From contig OX597833.1 of assembly GCA_951406725.2 (NCBI GenBank), positions 39,308,001 through 39,372,000 on the forward strand: DNA of 64,000 nucleotides, written 5' to 3'. This DNA is from Octopus vulgaris. Its lineage: Eukaryota. Made by a program: the position numbers and the translations under genes. A model generated the notes under the pieces. It was not told the origin of the DNA, did no database searches, and saw only the letters and a list, made by a program, of their open reading frames with translations. Of this stretch, positions 1 to 13,649 are shown in pieces (the stretch's first letter is position 1; each line of letters begins with the position of its first letter).

Positions 1-259
1 CTACTACTACTACTCCAGCACCATTGATTCCATCATTACCATAAACAAATTATAAAAAATAAAATACTGACTAATCACAAATATCTTCACATATAAGTGC
101 CTTTGTATTGATTAGAAATTAGTATATAAATATCTCTTAGTCTATGTACATACGTAAATATATGTATATATATATAAATATATATAAATATATTTATGAC
201 AGATAAATAGATAGATAGATAGATTGATAGAAAATATGTGACAATTAGTTGGCTGTTAT

Positions 260-320
260 AATAAAACTCAGAGTTTCGGATACCAGGGCTGAAGTCTGCT
301 CCGGCATGTTATCAGTTAAG
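260..320 (-). ncRNA. degenerate minimal type I hammerhead ribozyme (PLE pLTR)
   Basis: Minus strand reads taa-CTGATAA-catgccgg..ctggtatcc-GAAA-ctctgag-TT-tta. Homologous to the intact motif at 34870-34930. Confidence 0.55.
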
Positions 321-575
321 ACAAAATGCTATTCCAATGAGATCGCATATGCCTGCTCCATCATATGATCTCATGCTCACATCTGTATTGGTTGTTTTAA
401 CCCTCTCTGCATTCTCACCAAAGAGTAAATTCTTTCTAGCATGGAATATTATTTCCTTATCTTGTATACTAATTTCTATAAATTCGCTAGCGATGGTGAG
501 GGCTTTATCGAGCAGTTCCTTAGAGATGGAAGCATAGAAATCTCCAATATTTCCGATGAGATAGCGTTTTGTTTT
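320..575 (-). pseudogene. Penelope-like element reverse transcriptase fragment
   Basis: ORF 312-611 reads IGDFYASISKELL..IIFHARKNLLF..DVSMRSYDGAGICDLIG, matching PLE RT motifs (FDIxDFYPSI..HARKSLLF..FDVTMGSYDGAEICELVG). It stops before the catalytic DD motif. Confidence 0.75.
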
Positions 576-724
576 AATAACTGTTATGTTATGGGGATGT
601 AAGCTCACCAAATACCAGTTGTCAAGTGGTGGTGGAGGACAAATTCACACATACATAAATACACACACACATATACATACATGCACTCACACACACACAC
701 ATATATATGTATATATATGTGTGT

Positions 725-945
725 GACCGCCATGTTAAATCGTTAGCTCCTGCACGCATTTTTTTTTTTTTCCTCTCCTTGTTTCTCTCCGTGTTTCTTT
801 TCTGTGTATCTTTCTGTTGAAGAGCGTAGGCTCGAAAGGTAAAAGACTTGTTTTATTTCTATTCCTGAGCGCCATACTAATACAATTGTTTGTTTGTACT
901 CCACCTGCCTTCGTCCTTTGTTTATTTTTGTAAGCTTCCTGTTAT
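725..945 (+). mobile_element. short non-autonomous element with hammerhead-like motif (809-846)
   Basis: tcttt-CTGTTGA-agagcgtaggctc-GAAA-ggta-aaaga. Homologous copies at 19725-19875 (-), 35160-35360 (+) and 48450-48605 (-). Flanked by (TA)/(TG) tracts. Confidence 0.6.
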
Positions 946-980
946 GTATATATATATGTACATATATATGTATATATTTA

Positions 981-1178
981 TGTGTGTGTCTTAGTGTCTG
1001 CGTTTGTCCCACCGCTATCACTTGACAACCAATGCTGGTGTGTTTATGTCCCTGTAACTTTGCAGTTCGATCAAAGAGACTGATACAATAAGTACTTGGC
1101 TCACAAAAGAATAAGTCTTGGGTTGCTCCAGTATGGCTGCAGTCAAACGACCAAAGCAAGCAAAAGGTTAAAAGATAG
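981..1178 (+). mobile_element. SINE family A, 3' half
   Basis: Matches the 3' part of the complete copies at 10950-11378 and 18003-18397. Confidence 0.8.
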
Positions 1179-1466
1179 AATATAAAAGATACACATAAGA
1201 GCATGACTCTGAATGCTGTTTTTAAAACCTACTCCATTCTCTAGTGCCATTACAGTTATGGATGTCTGCCTGTTGACATTGTGCCATTATATAACTTACT
1301 TACATTTTAATAAGTAGCTTTTAGCAAACTTTCATCATCTTGAAAGGAAACAGTTAAGAGACACCAGATGAGCTGCACTCTCACTCTCCATGTTACATGT
1401 TTCTATTCATCTTTCCTTCTCTCGTTTTGTATCTCTGTCTTTATGTTAGTTCTTTCTATTGCCTTC

Positions 1467-2760
<1,294 letters not shown>

Positions 2761-2764
2761 ATGT

Positions 2765-2914
2765 AGGATGGGCGTCTTTAAGTTTCCATCTGCCAAATCC
2801 ACTTGCAAGGCTTTGGTTGGCCCAAGGCTATAGTAGAAGATAGTTTCCCAAGGTGCCACACAGTGGGACTGAAACCAGGACCATGTTGTTGTGAAGCAAA
2901 CTTCTTACCACACA
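2765..2914 (-). mobile_element. SINE family A, 5' part
   Basis: Reverse complement of the family A head (TGTGTGGTAAGAAG..GGTTTCAGTCCCACTG). Confidence 0.8.
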
Positions 2915-3292
2915 ACTAGGATTCAATTTAACAAATTACTCCACATTAATCTTAATGAAGGTGACAACAGATGTGTATAGTGGTGAGGGTGATGATGATA
3001 GTTCTGGTGTGGTGAAGGTGATAGTGTTGGTGGTGGTGATAATGTTGGCAAATACAGTTGTTGCATAATGTTTAATCCTGAACCAGCCTTGAATGAATAG
3101 ACAAACCTATGATCAAATGGGTTCCAGTGTTGACCATTCTCCCACTTTTTATATATTTTAGGCTACATTATCTAGTCCATATATATGGGACTGTATGATT
3201 TGAGGAAATCTAGTTGCTATTTCTAGCAGTAACAGTAGGTACTGTAGTGATACTCACTGTAGTTGTAGCACCACCAGTATAACCCAACATTT

Positions 3293-3445
3293 ACTCTTAT
3301 TCTTTGTAAGCCTAGTACTTATTCTATTGGTGTCTTTTGCCAAACCGCTAAGTTATGAGGATGTAAACACACCAGCATCAGTTGTCAAACGATTGTGGGG
3401 TGGGGTGGGGTGGACAAACACAAACATATATACAGACACAAACAT

Positions 3446-3513
<68 letters not shown>

Positions 3514-3677
3514 GATGGGTTTCTTTAAGTTTCCATCTACCAAAATCCACTCACAAGGCTTTGGTCAGCCCAAGGCTATAGTAGAAGACACTTGCTCAAG
3601 GTGCCACACAGTGTGACTGAACCTAGAACCATGTGGTTGGTAAGGAAGCTACTTACCACGCAGCCACTCCTGCACCT
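3293..3677 (-). mobile_element. SINE family A (tRNA-derived, internal CA/TA microsatellite)
   Basis: Reverse complement of the GGTGCAGGAGTGGCTGCGTGGTAAG head, with the same body as the other copies. Confidence 0.85.
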
Positions 3678-3764
3678 ATATGTAAAAGAAACTACGCAAA
3701 CATGCCAGATTCTTTGTAAAATTTCAAAATATATTTTGAAAACTAATCTGGACTCTAAAGGAAT

Positions 3765-4725
3765 AGTTGAAGATAGTCTCTGTCATTGACAACATTTTAT
3801 CTGAGGAAAAGGATGGCAATGGTGGTTTCGTGGTTTCTGTGACTTTGACAGCAATGAATTTGAGAAAAATGGTAGGGATGAATTGTGTCACTAGTAAACA
3901 TTATATCTGAGAATATTTTATCTGCTGATGATAACTGTTCACATCATTGACAATAATTACTATGAAGAAACTGCTGTTTAAGGATTGTGTCATTGACATT
4001 AATTAATCTAAAGAAACTGATGATGACAGTCTGTGTCAAATGACAACAAATTAATTTGAAGAAACTGATGATGGTAGTCTGTCCTTGACAACAATTAAAC
4101 TTAGTAAACTGATGTTGACGGTCAGTGTCATTAGCTTCAAATTAATTTGAGGAAACTGATGATGATAGATGTATCATTGACAGCAATTAATCTGAGTATG
4201 TTGGTGATGACAGTCTATGTCATTTATCTGAAGAAGCTAGTTCATGTCATCGGTAACAATTAATCTATAGAAACTGATGACAACATTCTACATCATTGGG
4301 AACAATTAATATATAGGAAGCTGGTGATGACTGTTCCTGTTATCAGCAACAAGTCTGAAAATCTGGTGATGACAGTTTGTATCACCAACAGCAAAATAAT
4401 CTGAGAAAACTAGTGATGGTAGTCTGTGTCCTTGACAACAATTATTAAATAATAGACTCATAATGACGGCTTATGTCATTAGCAACAAGTTATCTGAGGA
4501 AAGAGATGATAATGAGCTAGGTGGTCAGCAACGATAATTTTGAAGAAACTGATGATAGTCTGTGCTATCAGAAACAGTTAATTGAAAGAATTTAGTGATG
4601 GCAGTCTGTGTCATGGACAGCGATTAATAAATATTAATCTGTTGACGGTGGTTTGTGTCATTGACAACATTTTATTTGAGAAAATGACGATGATAGTCTG
4701 CATCATAAATGATTACTAATCTATT
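3765..4725 (+). repeat. degenerate ~46-bp tandem array (~20 units)
   Basis: Consensus about GAAACTGATGATGACAGTCTGTGTCATTGACAACAATTAATCTGAA. Units start near 3925, 3971, 4017, 4065, 4109, 4156, 4274, 4321, 4363, 4410 and 4549. Confidence 0.85.
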
Positions 4726-5000
4726 TGCAGAATAATTTGGAAATTTGGTTTGTTGCAAAGAGTGAAAGAATTTAACATTTTCGAATAATATAACCTTTTC
4801 TGAAGAGAGGGAGAAAGGGCAAAAAGAAGGGAGAGGAAGAGAAGTAGAATAAGAAAAAGGGGAAAGAGAGAAAGAGTGAGAGAAGGTGTGAGAGAATATA
4901 GAAGTTGCATACAACCAAAAGAACAATACCTCTGCATATTCTTCTTTCTCTCAAAATTGCCAAAATGTTACATTTCTTTAGTCAACTACTTGAATTCTAA

Positions 5001-6115
5001 TATCAGGTTGGAACAAAATTTCCGTCGGCTGTTTTAAGGCTCCAATTTTACCTAGCTTGACATGTCTTCTCAAGCACATAAAGCAATAATAAAAAACAAC
5101 CTATCTGATGTATTTAATCATTAATATAGTCACCATTCTTCTCTATGACCTTTTTCCATCTGTCGATGACCTTTTTAATGCCACATTCATAAAATTCCTT
5201 CAGCTCAGAAGTGTAAAAGAAAATTAACTCATTTTAGACTTCTGCTCTTGAAGCCAGTTTGATCCACTCAAATGATTTTGTAGTAAAGAGATGGTAATCT
5301 GTAGGTGCATGTTCTGGAGAATATGGTGGATGATGCATAATATTCTAGGCATATTTTTCTAGTAGATCTTTGTTCGCTTGTGCAATGTGAGGTCTAGTGT
5401 TAATCATAATGAAGGGTGGCTCCTTTTTTTGCTTGTTAACGACGGACGTTTTTAGAGCAAAGCTGCTTTCAAACTTGTTAGTTGTTGGCTGTATACATTA
5501 ACTGTTATTGTCTGATTATTGTCTAGCAGCCTATGATGAATTACTAAATGCATATCCCAGCATACACTCAGAAGAATCTTCCTTGGATTCCAGCTACTTC
5601 TGGGCTGCTGAGCTGGCTCTTCACCATGACTGAGCCACAGATGTCTTCACTTAACATTATGGTAGTGTATCCATTTTTCATCTCCTTTATTGACACTATT
5701 CAAAAAAGATATTTGTGGCTCACAAAATTGCAGTGATGTGCAGCAGTCAACATGTTTGTGATTGTTTGCAGAGAGATCATGCAGGACCCATTTTCCAACC
5801 TTTCAGACTTTACCAAACCCTTTCAATTCACAATGAATGGGGTTTTTGCTCACATTGAAACCCATGGTAAGTTCCTGAGCTGTAACAGTCAGGTTTGCTT
5901 CAATAGTGGATCTGGATCTAACCCTCTTGGATGCTCTTCTCTTGATTCATCCTGCAGGCTATAGTTACCATTTCTGAATTGTGAAGACCATCTTCTGCAT
6001 GTTCTTCCAGTCACTATGCCATCTCCAAAAATGTTTCAGGGTGATTTTGCTGTTGCACTTGCACTGTCCCCTTTTTGAAATTCCCAAAGAATAACATGAT
6101 GAATATATTCTTTGC
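5001..6115 (-). mobile_element. decayed mariner transposon
   Basis: Minus-strand remnants HHPPYSPEHAPTDYHLF, RWKKVIEKNGDY and N-terminal ILWEFQKG..RRWSSQFRNGNYSLQDESR. TA plus TCAGGTTGGAACAAAATT TIR-like end at 5001. Confidence 0.85.
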
Positions 6116-6119
6116 TTGC

Positions 6120-6304
6120 AGTGAACATGGGGCCAATACAGCAAAGATATGGTAGTCTGTAGGTGCAAATTCCAGAAAATATGGTTCATGATGCATAATT
6201 TTCCAGGCATATTTTTCTAGGACATCTTTGGTCTTTTGTACAGTGTGAGGTCTAGCGTTATCATGATGAAGGATGACAAATTTTCTGCTATTAAAACCTT
6301 TCAC
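6120..6304 (-). pseudogene. second mariner transposase fragment (catalytic region)
   Basis: HHDNARPHT..IMHHEPYFLEFAPTDYHIF in ORF 6014-6304. It duplicates the ~5290-5410 segment. Confidence 0.85.
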
Positions 6305-6734
6305 ACCACCTCAATTTCTCAACATCCTTTAATTTTTTTCATTATTTCATTTTGTCATTTTTCTGCATCTTCCATCATTTTTTCTTCCTTGTTCAATTCT
6401 GTCATCATTCATTCTTAGATTTTGGTTTCCCCATCATTAATTGCTAACTTCTTAATTATCACTTCCTTCTACCTGTTCATTCCTCCTAAACTTAGCCTAA
6501 CTTCTCATAGCATAGCACTCCATTCTCACCATCCTACTAATGGCGTTGCCCTGTTTTCTCTCTGTACTACAACATAACTATGTTGCCTGAGATACACCAA
6601 TACCTTATTCTATTGACTTTGTCATATTTCAAATAGAACCGAGAAGCTAAACTCCTTTAAATCTAACTAGATATTTACTTAAAAAACAAAAGCAAAAAGA
6701 AAAACAGACAGAACTTTGGTTACAGCCTGATATA

Positions 6735-7030
6735 TACTCTCTTATAAATTCCCCTTTAACTATTCCCATAAAATAAATGTCCTGTCAATTTGCCTATGAA
6801 CTTTCCTATAAATAAAACGTCTCATGAATCCTCCCACAAATTCTCCTATAAACTCTCCCACAATATAAATCTCCTATAAATTCTCTTATAAGTCTTCTAT
6901 AATACCAATCTAGAAATTCTCCTATAAATTCACCCATAGTATTAATTTCCTTTAAATTCTCCTATAAACTTTCTCATAATTTCAATCTCCTATAATACAA
7001 ATCTCCTATAAAGGCTCCTATAATCTCTCC
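6735..7030 (+). repeat. degenerate short-period tandem repeat (CTCCTATAAAT-like)
   Basis: Recurrent ctcctataaa/ctcccacaaa units. Confidence 0.7.
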
Positions 7031-7721
7031 TTTGTGCTAGATTTTCATTTAACCTCTCAAGCAAATTAACTGATGTTTTGATTAGTTTTATGGATGTCAA
7101 TAATGTCTAATAGATTCTCTAAAAATAAATTAAAAATCTTATAAACGCTTTTATAAATTAAATGTTTTGATTGATTTTAAGGATCTCAATTACTGAGAGT
7201 AAAGTGGTTGTTTAGGCAGTATTGTGATGGTAATGCTGGTGTGTTGAGGTAGTGCTGCCGAAGTAGTATTTGTGGTGGTAGTGGTAGTGTTGTGATGGTG
7301 GTAGCTGTGGTGCCAGTGATGGTAATTGTGGTATGGGTGATGTTTTAGTGGTTGTGTTGGTGATGTAGTATTGGTAGTGTAGTGGTGGTAGTAGTGGTGT
7401 AGTAATAACAGTGGTGGTACTATTGGTGGTATTTTGGTGCTGTTGAGATGGTAGTGGCGTGGAGGTGGTATTGATGGTCTGGTGGTGTTCTACTGGTGGT
7501 AGCGGTTGTGTTATGTTAATGGTGATGGTGGTGGTGGTAGTAGTAGTTGTCTTATGTTAATGGTGGTGGTAGTGGTGGTAGTGTTTGAAAGATTGTGTTG
7601 GTGGTGGTAGTGGTGGTGATGATGATGGTGGTGGTGGTGGCAGTTGTGTTATGGTGATGATGGTGGTACTGGTTGGTGACGATATGAAAACTACCAGTAT
7701 TCCTGGTTGTCATATACTTAG

Positions 7722-8045
7722 AGAAGGTACATAGCTTAGTGGTTAGGTTATCCAGCTCACAATCATGAGGTTTTGAGTTCAATTCCTAGCGGTGCATGTT
7801 GTGTCCTAGAGCAAGGCACTTTATTCCACATTGGTCCAGTCACTCAGCTGGCAAAAATGAATTGTACTTGTAGGTCAAAGGGCCAGCCTTGTCACATTCT
7901 ATGTCACACTGAATCTCCCTGGGAACTACATTAAGGGTATGTATCTCTGTGGAGTGCTCAGCCAGTTGCACATTAATTTTATAAGCAGGCTGTTCCATTG
8001 ATTGTATGAAGTGGAGCAGTTGTCATTGTAATTGACAGTGAGCCA
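7722..8045 (+). mobile_element. tRNA-derived SINE family C
   Basis: Head TAGCTTAGTGGTTAGG..GAGTTCAATTCC. The 3' half matches 22819-23000 (rc). Confidence 0.8.
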
Positions 8046-8055
8046 GATCATATAC

Positions 8056-8900
8056 TTGCCCTTTGGCATTCAAATCAGCCATATCAGACCCAAATTTATT
8101 TACTGGTTTTATGTTTAAACTGGCCAGTTCTGGCCTCTCACACCTACTTTCCAATGTCATTCTAAAAGCAAACAATCGCATCATTGAACTCTGAAAGGTA
8201 CATGATAATGCTTGATTAATTCAAAGTGATGTGAATAAATAAGCATTGCATTTGACAGAGTTATCTGAATGCTAAAAGGTTACGTAGAATCTTTGTACAA
8301 TCATGTAGTCTGAATACACCAAAAAGATAATCATGAATGGAAAGCCTTTGACCATAAGTATGCTAGATCAGGGCTGACCTGGGTCTAAACAGCAATAACA
8401 ACATTATCTTCTAATTCTTTAGCCCTTTAGCATCTCAACTGGTCATCTTCAGCCAAAATATTCTACCTGTTTTATTATTCAAACTGGCCTTATCTCACAC
8501 TGAGCCTGCAATGTCATTCTAAAGATAAATAATCACATCATCAAAATATTGAAGCTACAAGATAATGCATGATTAATTCAAAACAATGTGAATAAATAAG
8601 TATGAAATTTGATAGAGAAATCTGAATGCTGAAGGATTAAAAATAGGATATGAACAATAATATAGTCTGAATATACCAAAAAGATAATCCCAAATGGAAA
8701 GCCTTTGGCCATAAGCTGACTAGATCAGGACCAACCTGGGTCTCAACTGCAATGACAAGAAAATCCTCCAATTCTTTAACCATTTAGTATTTAAACTTGC
8801 CATATCTGGTCAAAATAATCTATCTGTTTTATGTTCAAAGTGGCTAGATTCATCCTCTTATACCTACAGTACAATAATATTCTAAAACTAAACATTCACA
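8056..8900 (+). mobile_element. ~360-bp tandem of piggyBac-type MITE plus spacer (2.4 units)
   Basis: TTAA-CCCTTTAGCAT..ATGCTAAAGGG-TTAA-like ends at 8056-8283, 8419-8640 and 8776 (partial). The same spacer lies between units. Confidence 0.75.
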
Positions 8901-9278
8901 CCAGCCCATAAGGGATATTTGCTGAGATACTCACACTATCACATGAAGTAGAATACATGATAATCTGTTTATAGTTAAGAATGAGTTGAAAAAGTATAGG
9001 ATTATGAGATTCCTTTGGTCCTGTCCTATCAGAGTTTATTCTACCTGTCGAGTGGAAATGAATCCAGTTTGCAATATGAAGGGCATCCAGCCATAGAAAT
9101 CAAACCAAATGACATATATGAGCATCAGTTTATTATGAAAGTAGGAGAAGTGGTTACCGACAGGAAATATTTCAGGCTGTGACAACACATCTGATACATG
9201 CTAGCATGGAAAATGGATATAAAATAATGATGAGGAGGTAAAGGACAACGATAGCGATGATGATAATGACAGTGATGG

Positions 9279-9314
<36 letters not shown>

Positions 9315-10463
9315 GGAGGAGGAGGAGGAGGAGGAGGAGGAGGAGGAGGAGGAATGCAGGGTAGATTTCTCTGCAAACCACAATACAATGAAATATATTC
9401 ACAGAAAATTGAACCATCAAACTCCTGCTTCAATCACATACTGCTCTGCTATTAAAAACCATCACCACCACCACCACCACCACCACCTCAACCACCACCA
9501 CCACTACCACCACCACCACCACCGTCACCACCACCACGACTGCTATTGCTACCACTGCTGCTGCTGTCACAACTGCTACCACTATCACCACCGCAATCTA
9601 GTAAGAGAATGTACCACCATCATCACCCACCTACACACCACCATCACCACCACCACTACCACCACCGCCACCACCACCGCCGCCACCACCGCCACCGCTG
9701 CCACCACCGCCACAACCACCACCACCACCACTTTGCCACCATTTTATCCTCCCCCTCCCCACCATCATGGATTAGCATTTTTAGAAATCCTACTGACAAC
9801 TGGGCTATTGCCAATTGCCTTCTCCCTTTCACATTGTAAGGTCCAGCTTTTGGCCCTCCTCCATTCCAATGAATTCCCCTAATTTCTGGTTTGGTCTGGT
9901 TTGCAAGGAATTTATACAAAATTACACTCTGTGGCGGACAGATGGGTGGTGGTGGTGGTGGTGGTGGTGATGGTGAAGGTGGTGGTGGTGGTTGTGGTGG
10001 AAATGCTGATGGTTGCAGCGCTAATGATGATGATGATGATAGTAGTATAGGTGTTAGCGACGGGTTTGCAAGGGGCTGTAGCACTGATTGCTGTAGTTGT
10101 AGTAGTGCAAAAATAACCTCCACTCTGTTTCAACAACTTGTACAATTATGACTGAATTATGGTCATTATATTTATTATTTCTTTTGTATGAAACAAGGCA
10201 AGTTTTTGTGTGCAAGTGCCCCACCACCACCACCACACACACCCACACACACACACACACAATACACACATATCTTCCTCTTAATGTTACTACCATCACT
10301 AACATCACCACCACCACCAACAACAACAACAACACCACCATTCTCATTGGGCTTTGTAATTCTCTAATTAATTACAGCATTTTCGATGAACCAGGGCAGT
10401 AAAACGGTACAGGTAGAATTAGAACACATCGCTCCAGGATGAAACCTCTTCTTTTAGATCTTT

Positions 10464-10625
10464 TGGTGTGGATGTGTGGTAAGAAGTTAGTTTCCCAACC
10501 TCATGGATCTGCTTTCCATCCCACTGCATGGCATCTTAGGCAAGTGTCATCTACTTTAGTCTTGGGCTGATCAAAGCCTTGTGAGTGGATTTGGTAGACA
10601 GAAACTGAAAGAAGTCCATCATATA

Positions 10626-10664
<39 letters not shown>

Positions 10665-10808
10665 TTATATATATATGCATATATAAATGTGTGTGTGTGT
10701 GTGTGTCCTTGTGATTGTATTTGTTCCCCACTGTCACTTGACAACTGGTGTTGGTTTGTTCACATCCACATAACTTGGCAGTCCAGCAACAGAGACCAAC
10801 AGAATAAG
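10464..10808 (+). mobile_element. SINE family A (3' truncated)
   Basis: Homology to 10950-11378. Confidence 0.8.
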
Positions 10809-10949
10809 GTGCCAGGTTTAAGACGATAAGCACTGATGAAATACCGCTAAGCATTTTGCCTAGTGCAATCATGATTCTGCTAGTTTACCACCTTAATCCT
10901 AATGTAAGCATCAAGGAAAAAGTGATAATATTATATTAATTATCACTAA

Positions 10950-11111
10950 AGCACAGGCATGGTTGTGTGGTAAGAAGCTTGCTTCCCAACCACATGGTTC
11001 CAGGTTCAGTCCCACTGCATGACACCTTGGGCATGTGTCTTCTACTATAGCCTCAAGCTGACCAAAGCCTTGTGAGAGGATTTGGTTGACAGAAACTGAA
11101 AGATGCCTGTT

Positions 11112-11143
<32 letters not shown>

Positions 11144-11378
11144 GCTTGTGTGTGTGTGTGACTTAGTGTCCATGTTTGTCCCCCCACCATTGCTTGACAA
11201 CTGATGTTGATGTGTTTACATCCCTGTAACTTAATGGTTTGGCAAAAGAGACCGATAGAATAAGTACTAGGATTACAGACTGTAAGTCCTGGGGTCGATT
11301 TCTTTGACTAAAAGACATTCAAAGCGGTGCTCCAGCATGGCCACAGTTAAATGACTGAAACTTGTTAAAGAATAAAAG
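10950..11378 (+). mobile_element. SINE family A, full length
   Basis: tRNA-like head with B-box-like GGTTCAGTCCC, internal (TA)/(TG) tract and 3' GCTCCAGCATGGCCACAG..GACTGAAAC..AAAAG tail. More than 10 copies in the window. Confidence 0.9.
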
Positions 11379-12627
11379 TATTGTAAGATACCAATTCATT
11401 AGAATATTGTTTAGACGTGTGCTAAAAAACTATAAATAATTTTTTGGGAATTAAAACTATAATGGTACTTAAGGAATGTGTACAAGTTCATTTGTAATTG
11501 ATACAAATGGAATGAGAGAGACTCAGACAAATTACTAATTAGGATAGACAATATCATATTCTGCAGAAAATAGCCATTCTAGAATAGATATAGGTATGTT
11601 CCTGTAAATAGTTGTACAAAAATAGACAGAGGCAATAGCTTATCAATTCATTCTTAATATGTTCTGGCAGATTAGGAAATGAATATCTGATTGCTGTTGT
11701 TTATTTGCCACTAAAGAACACCTCTTTTTAAGCAATGTGTGTTCACAACACGTGATTCACTAGAGTCTCTGTAAGGAGTCTTTGAGACACCATAGTATTT
11801 TGACCTTGTTGTATGTCTCCTCAATCAAAACTACTTCACACTGTTCTGTGTGTGCCCCTCGAATCATTACACTGTGTAACATGACTTTTGTCCTTGGATA
11901 GCAATTGTTATTTCCTATTTACTTACCCCCAGACGGTATGAAAAATGGCTAATATTTCCTTCAAACTGCATTTGTTACTTTTATTCAAACACCATAGAAT
12001 CCCTCTCAACACAGGGCTATGATGCTCTCCTACTACTCCAGCTCATGATCAGAGATGCACATATTGTTAGCCAGTAAGGGACATGCTGAAGTGGTTAAGG
12101 TCAGGCAACTGAGAAGCAAATCTGTGGTGTTGAGCAGAATATTTGCTATAATGATATTTCTGCTTCAGTAACTCAGTGCTGAATCTGTCTGAAATGTAAT
12201 GGAAAATTGGTCAGTTTCAAAACACTGATGTGCAGGTTACAAAAGCAAAGTTTGAAGGGAATAATAGTCATTTCCTTTGATTTCTTGATAGAAGCAAATA
12301 AGAAACAACACTGACTGACTAAAAACAATAAATAAATAAATAAATAAATAAATAAATGAAAATTTTGTTACACAATGTTATCTGTTAGGTAGACATCTGC
12401 ACAAAAAATAATTTGTTTGCTGATTCCTATAAAGAAGAGCTCTTGTTAGACTCACTGATCTGGCCTGAGGTAGTTTCAACTGACAAAACCCACAAAGAGG
12501 TCAAAACACAGCAGTGCTTCTTGAGGCCTCCTTACACCAGTAAACTGGTAAATCATGTGTATGTTATGAACTCACATCATCTAAAAAAATGATACATTTC
12601 CTGGTGCTGCATTTCTACAGACATATT

Positions 12628-12783
12628 AGGCGTTAGGAAGGGCATCCAGCTGTAGAAGCACTGCCAGATCAGACTGGAGCCTGGTGCAGCCTCCTGGCTT
12701 CCCAGACCACGGTCGAACCGTCCAACCCATGCTAGCATGGAAAACGGACGTTAAACGATGATGATGATAATGATGATGATGAT
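12628..12783 (+). mobile_element. retroposon 3' end with (GAT)n tail (RTE-type, family D)
   Basis: GGCGTTAGGAAGGGCATCCAGC..GGACGTTAAACGATGATGAT. Possible TSD ATATTAG. Confidence 0.8.
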
Positions 12784-13077
12784 ATTAGTAAAACATTTCT
12801 CCAAATTATAAATTTAATCAGGCATCAGCTAAATTATGTTGATTCCAGTATCCTTTCATATTTGTTGAAAGTTTTGAAGACATAGAAAGCCAAAGAAGAA
12901 AAGCAGTTTTAAAAAACTTATACCAAATATAAACTTGTAACAAATAATGTAGTCATAGACACATTACTTCTGATAAAATGAAGAAAGAAACGAAAAACAA
13001 AACAAGTTTATTACAACAGGAATGAAGGATAAAGAATAAAAAGAATGAAGGATAAAAATTCTTTCAGAGTCAAAGGA

Positions 13078-13325
13078 TAAAGATCCTTTCTGAGTCATAT
13101 AGACTCAAAGGGCTGATTCCCTGGTTTCTGTGGAGTATATATATCCCACCTGGGTGGGACACCAGTCCATTGTAAGGTAACTCATTTTTGCTAGGTGAGT
13201 GGACTGGATTAATGTGAAATGAAGCGTTTTGCTCAAGAACATGTGTTGCCTGGTCCAGGAATTGAAACTGCAGTCTTATGATCATGAGTCCAATACCCTA
13301 ACCACTAAGCCACGTGCCTCCACCT
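13078..13325 (-). mobile_element. tRNA-derived SINE family C
   Basis: Reverse complement of the GGAGGCACGTGGCTTAGTGGTTAGGG head. Similar to 38529-38777. Confidence 0.8.
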
Positions 13326-13649
13326 TCTTTCATAAGTCTGTGGGATGAAAACTGACCAAGGGCTAAACAACAATAACAGCAAACAGCACCACAGATCCAA
13401 AGGATCACTTGCTGCCATTTCCAGGGGAGAATGGAACTGAATAGTTTTAGCAGCAGAAGGATTAGATAGTGAAGTGGTAACATTCATATTTTCTCTCAAC
13501 AGAATTATCAACATTTGTGAGGAAAAGAGTTGGATTCAATGAGGGATTTGAAACTGGGTTGCAGGTATGTGCCTCATGCAGTTTACCTCCTACTTTACTC
13601 TACAGATAGTTTAGTCCTTCTTTGTGGAGCTTAGGAATATTGGTGCTGT

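Noticed and set aside
3765-4725. CRISPR-like periodic array
   Set aside because: Whole units are homologous with no unique spacers, there are no cas genes, and the context is eukaryotic.
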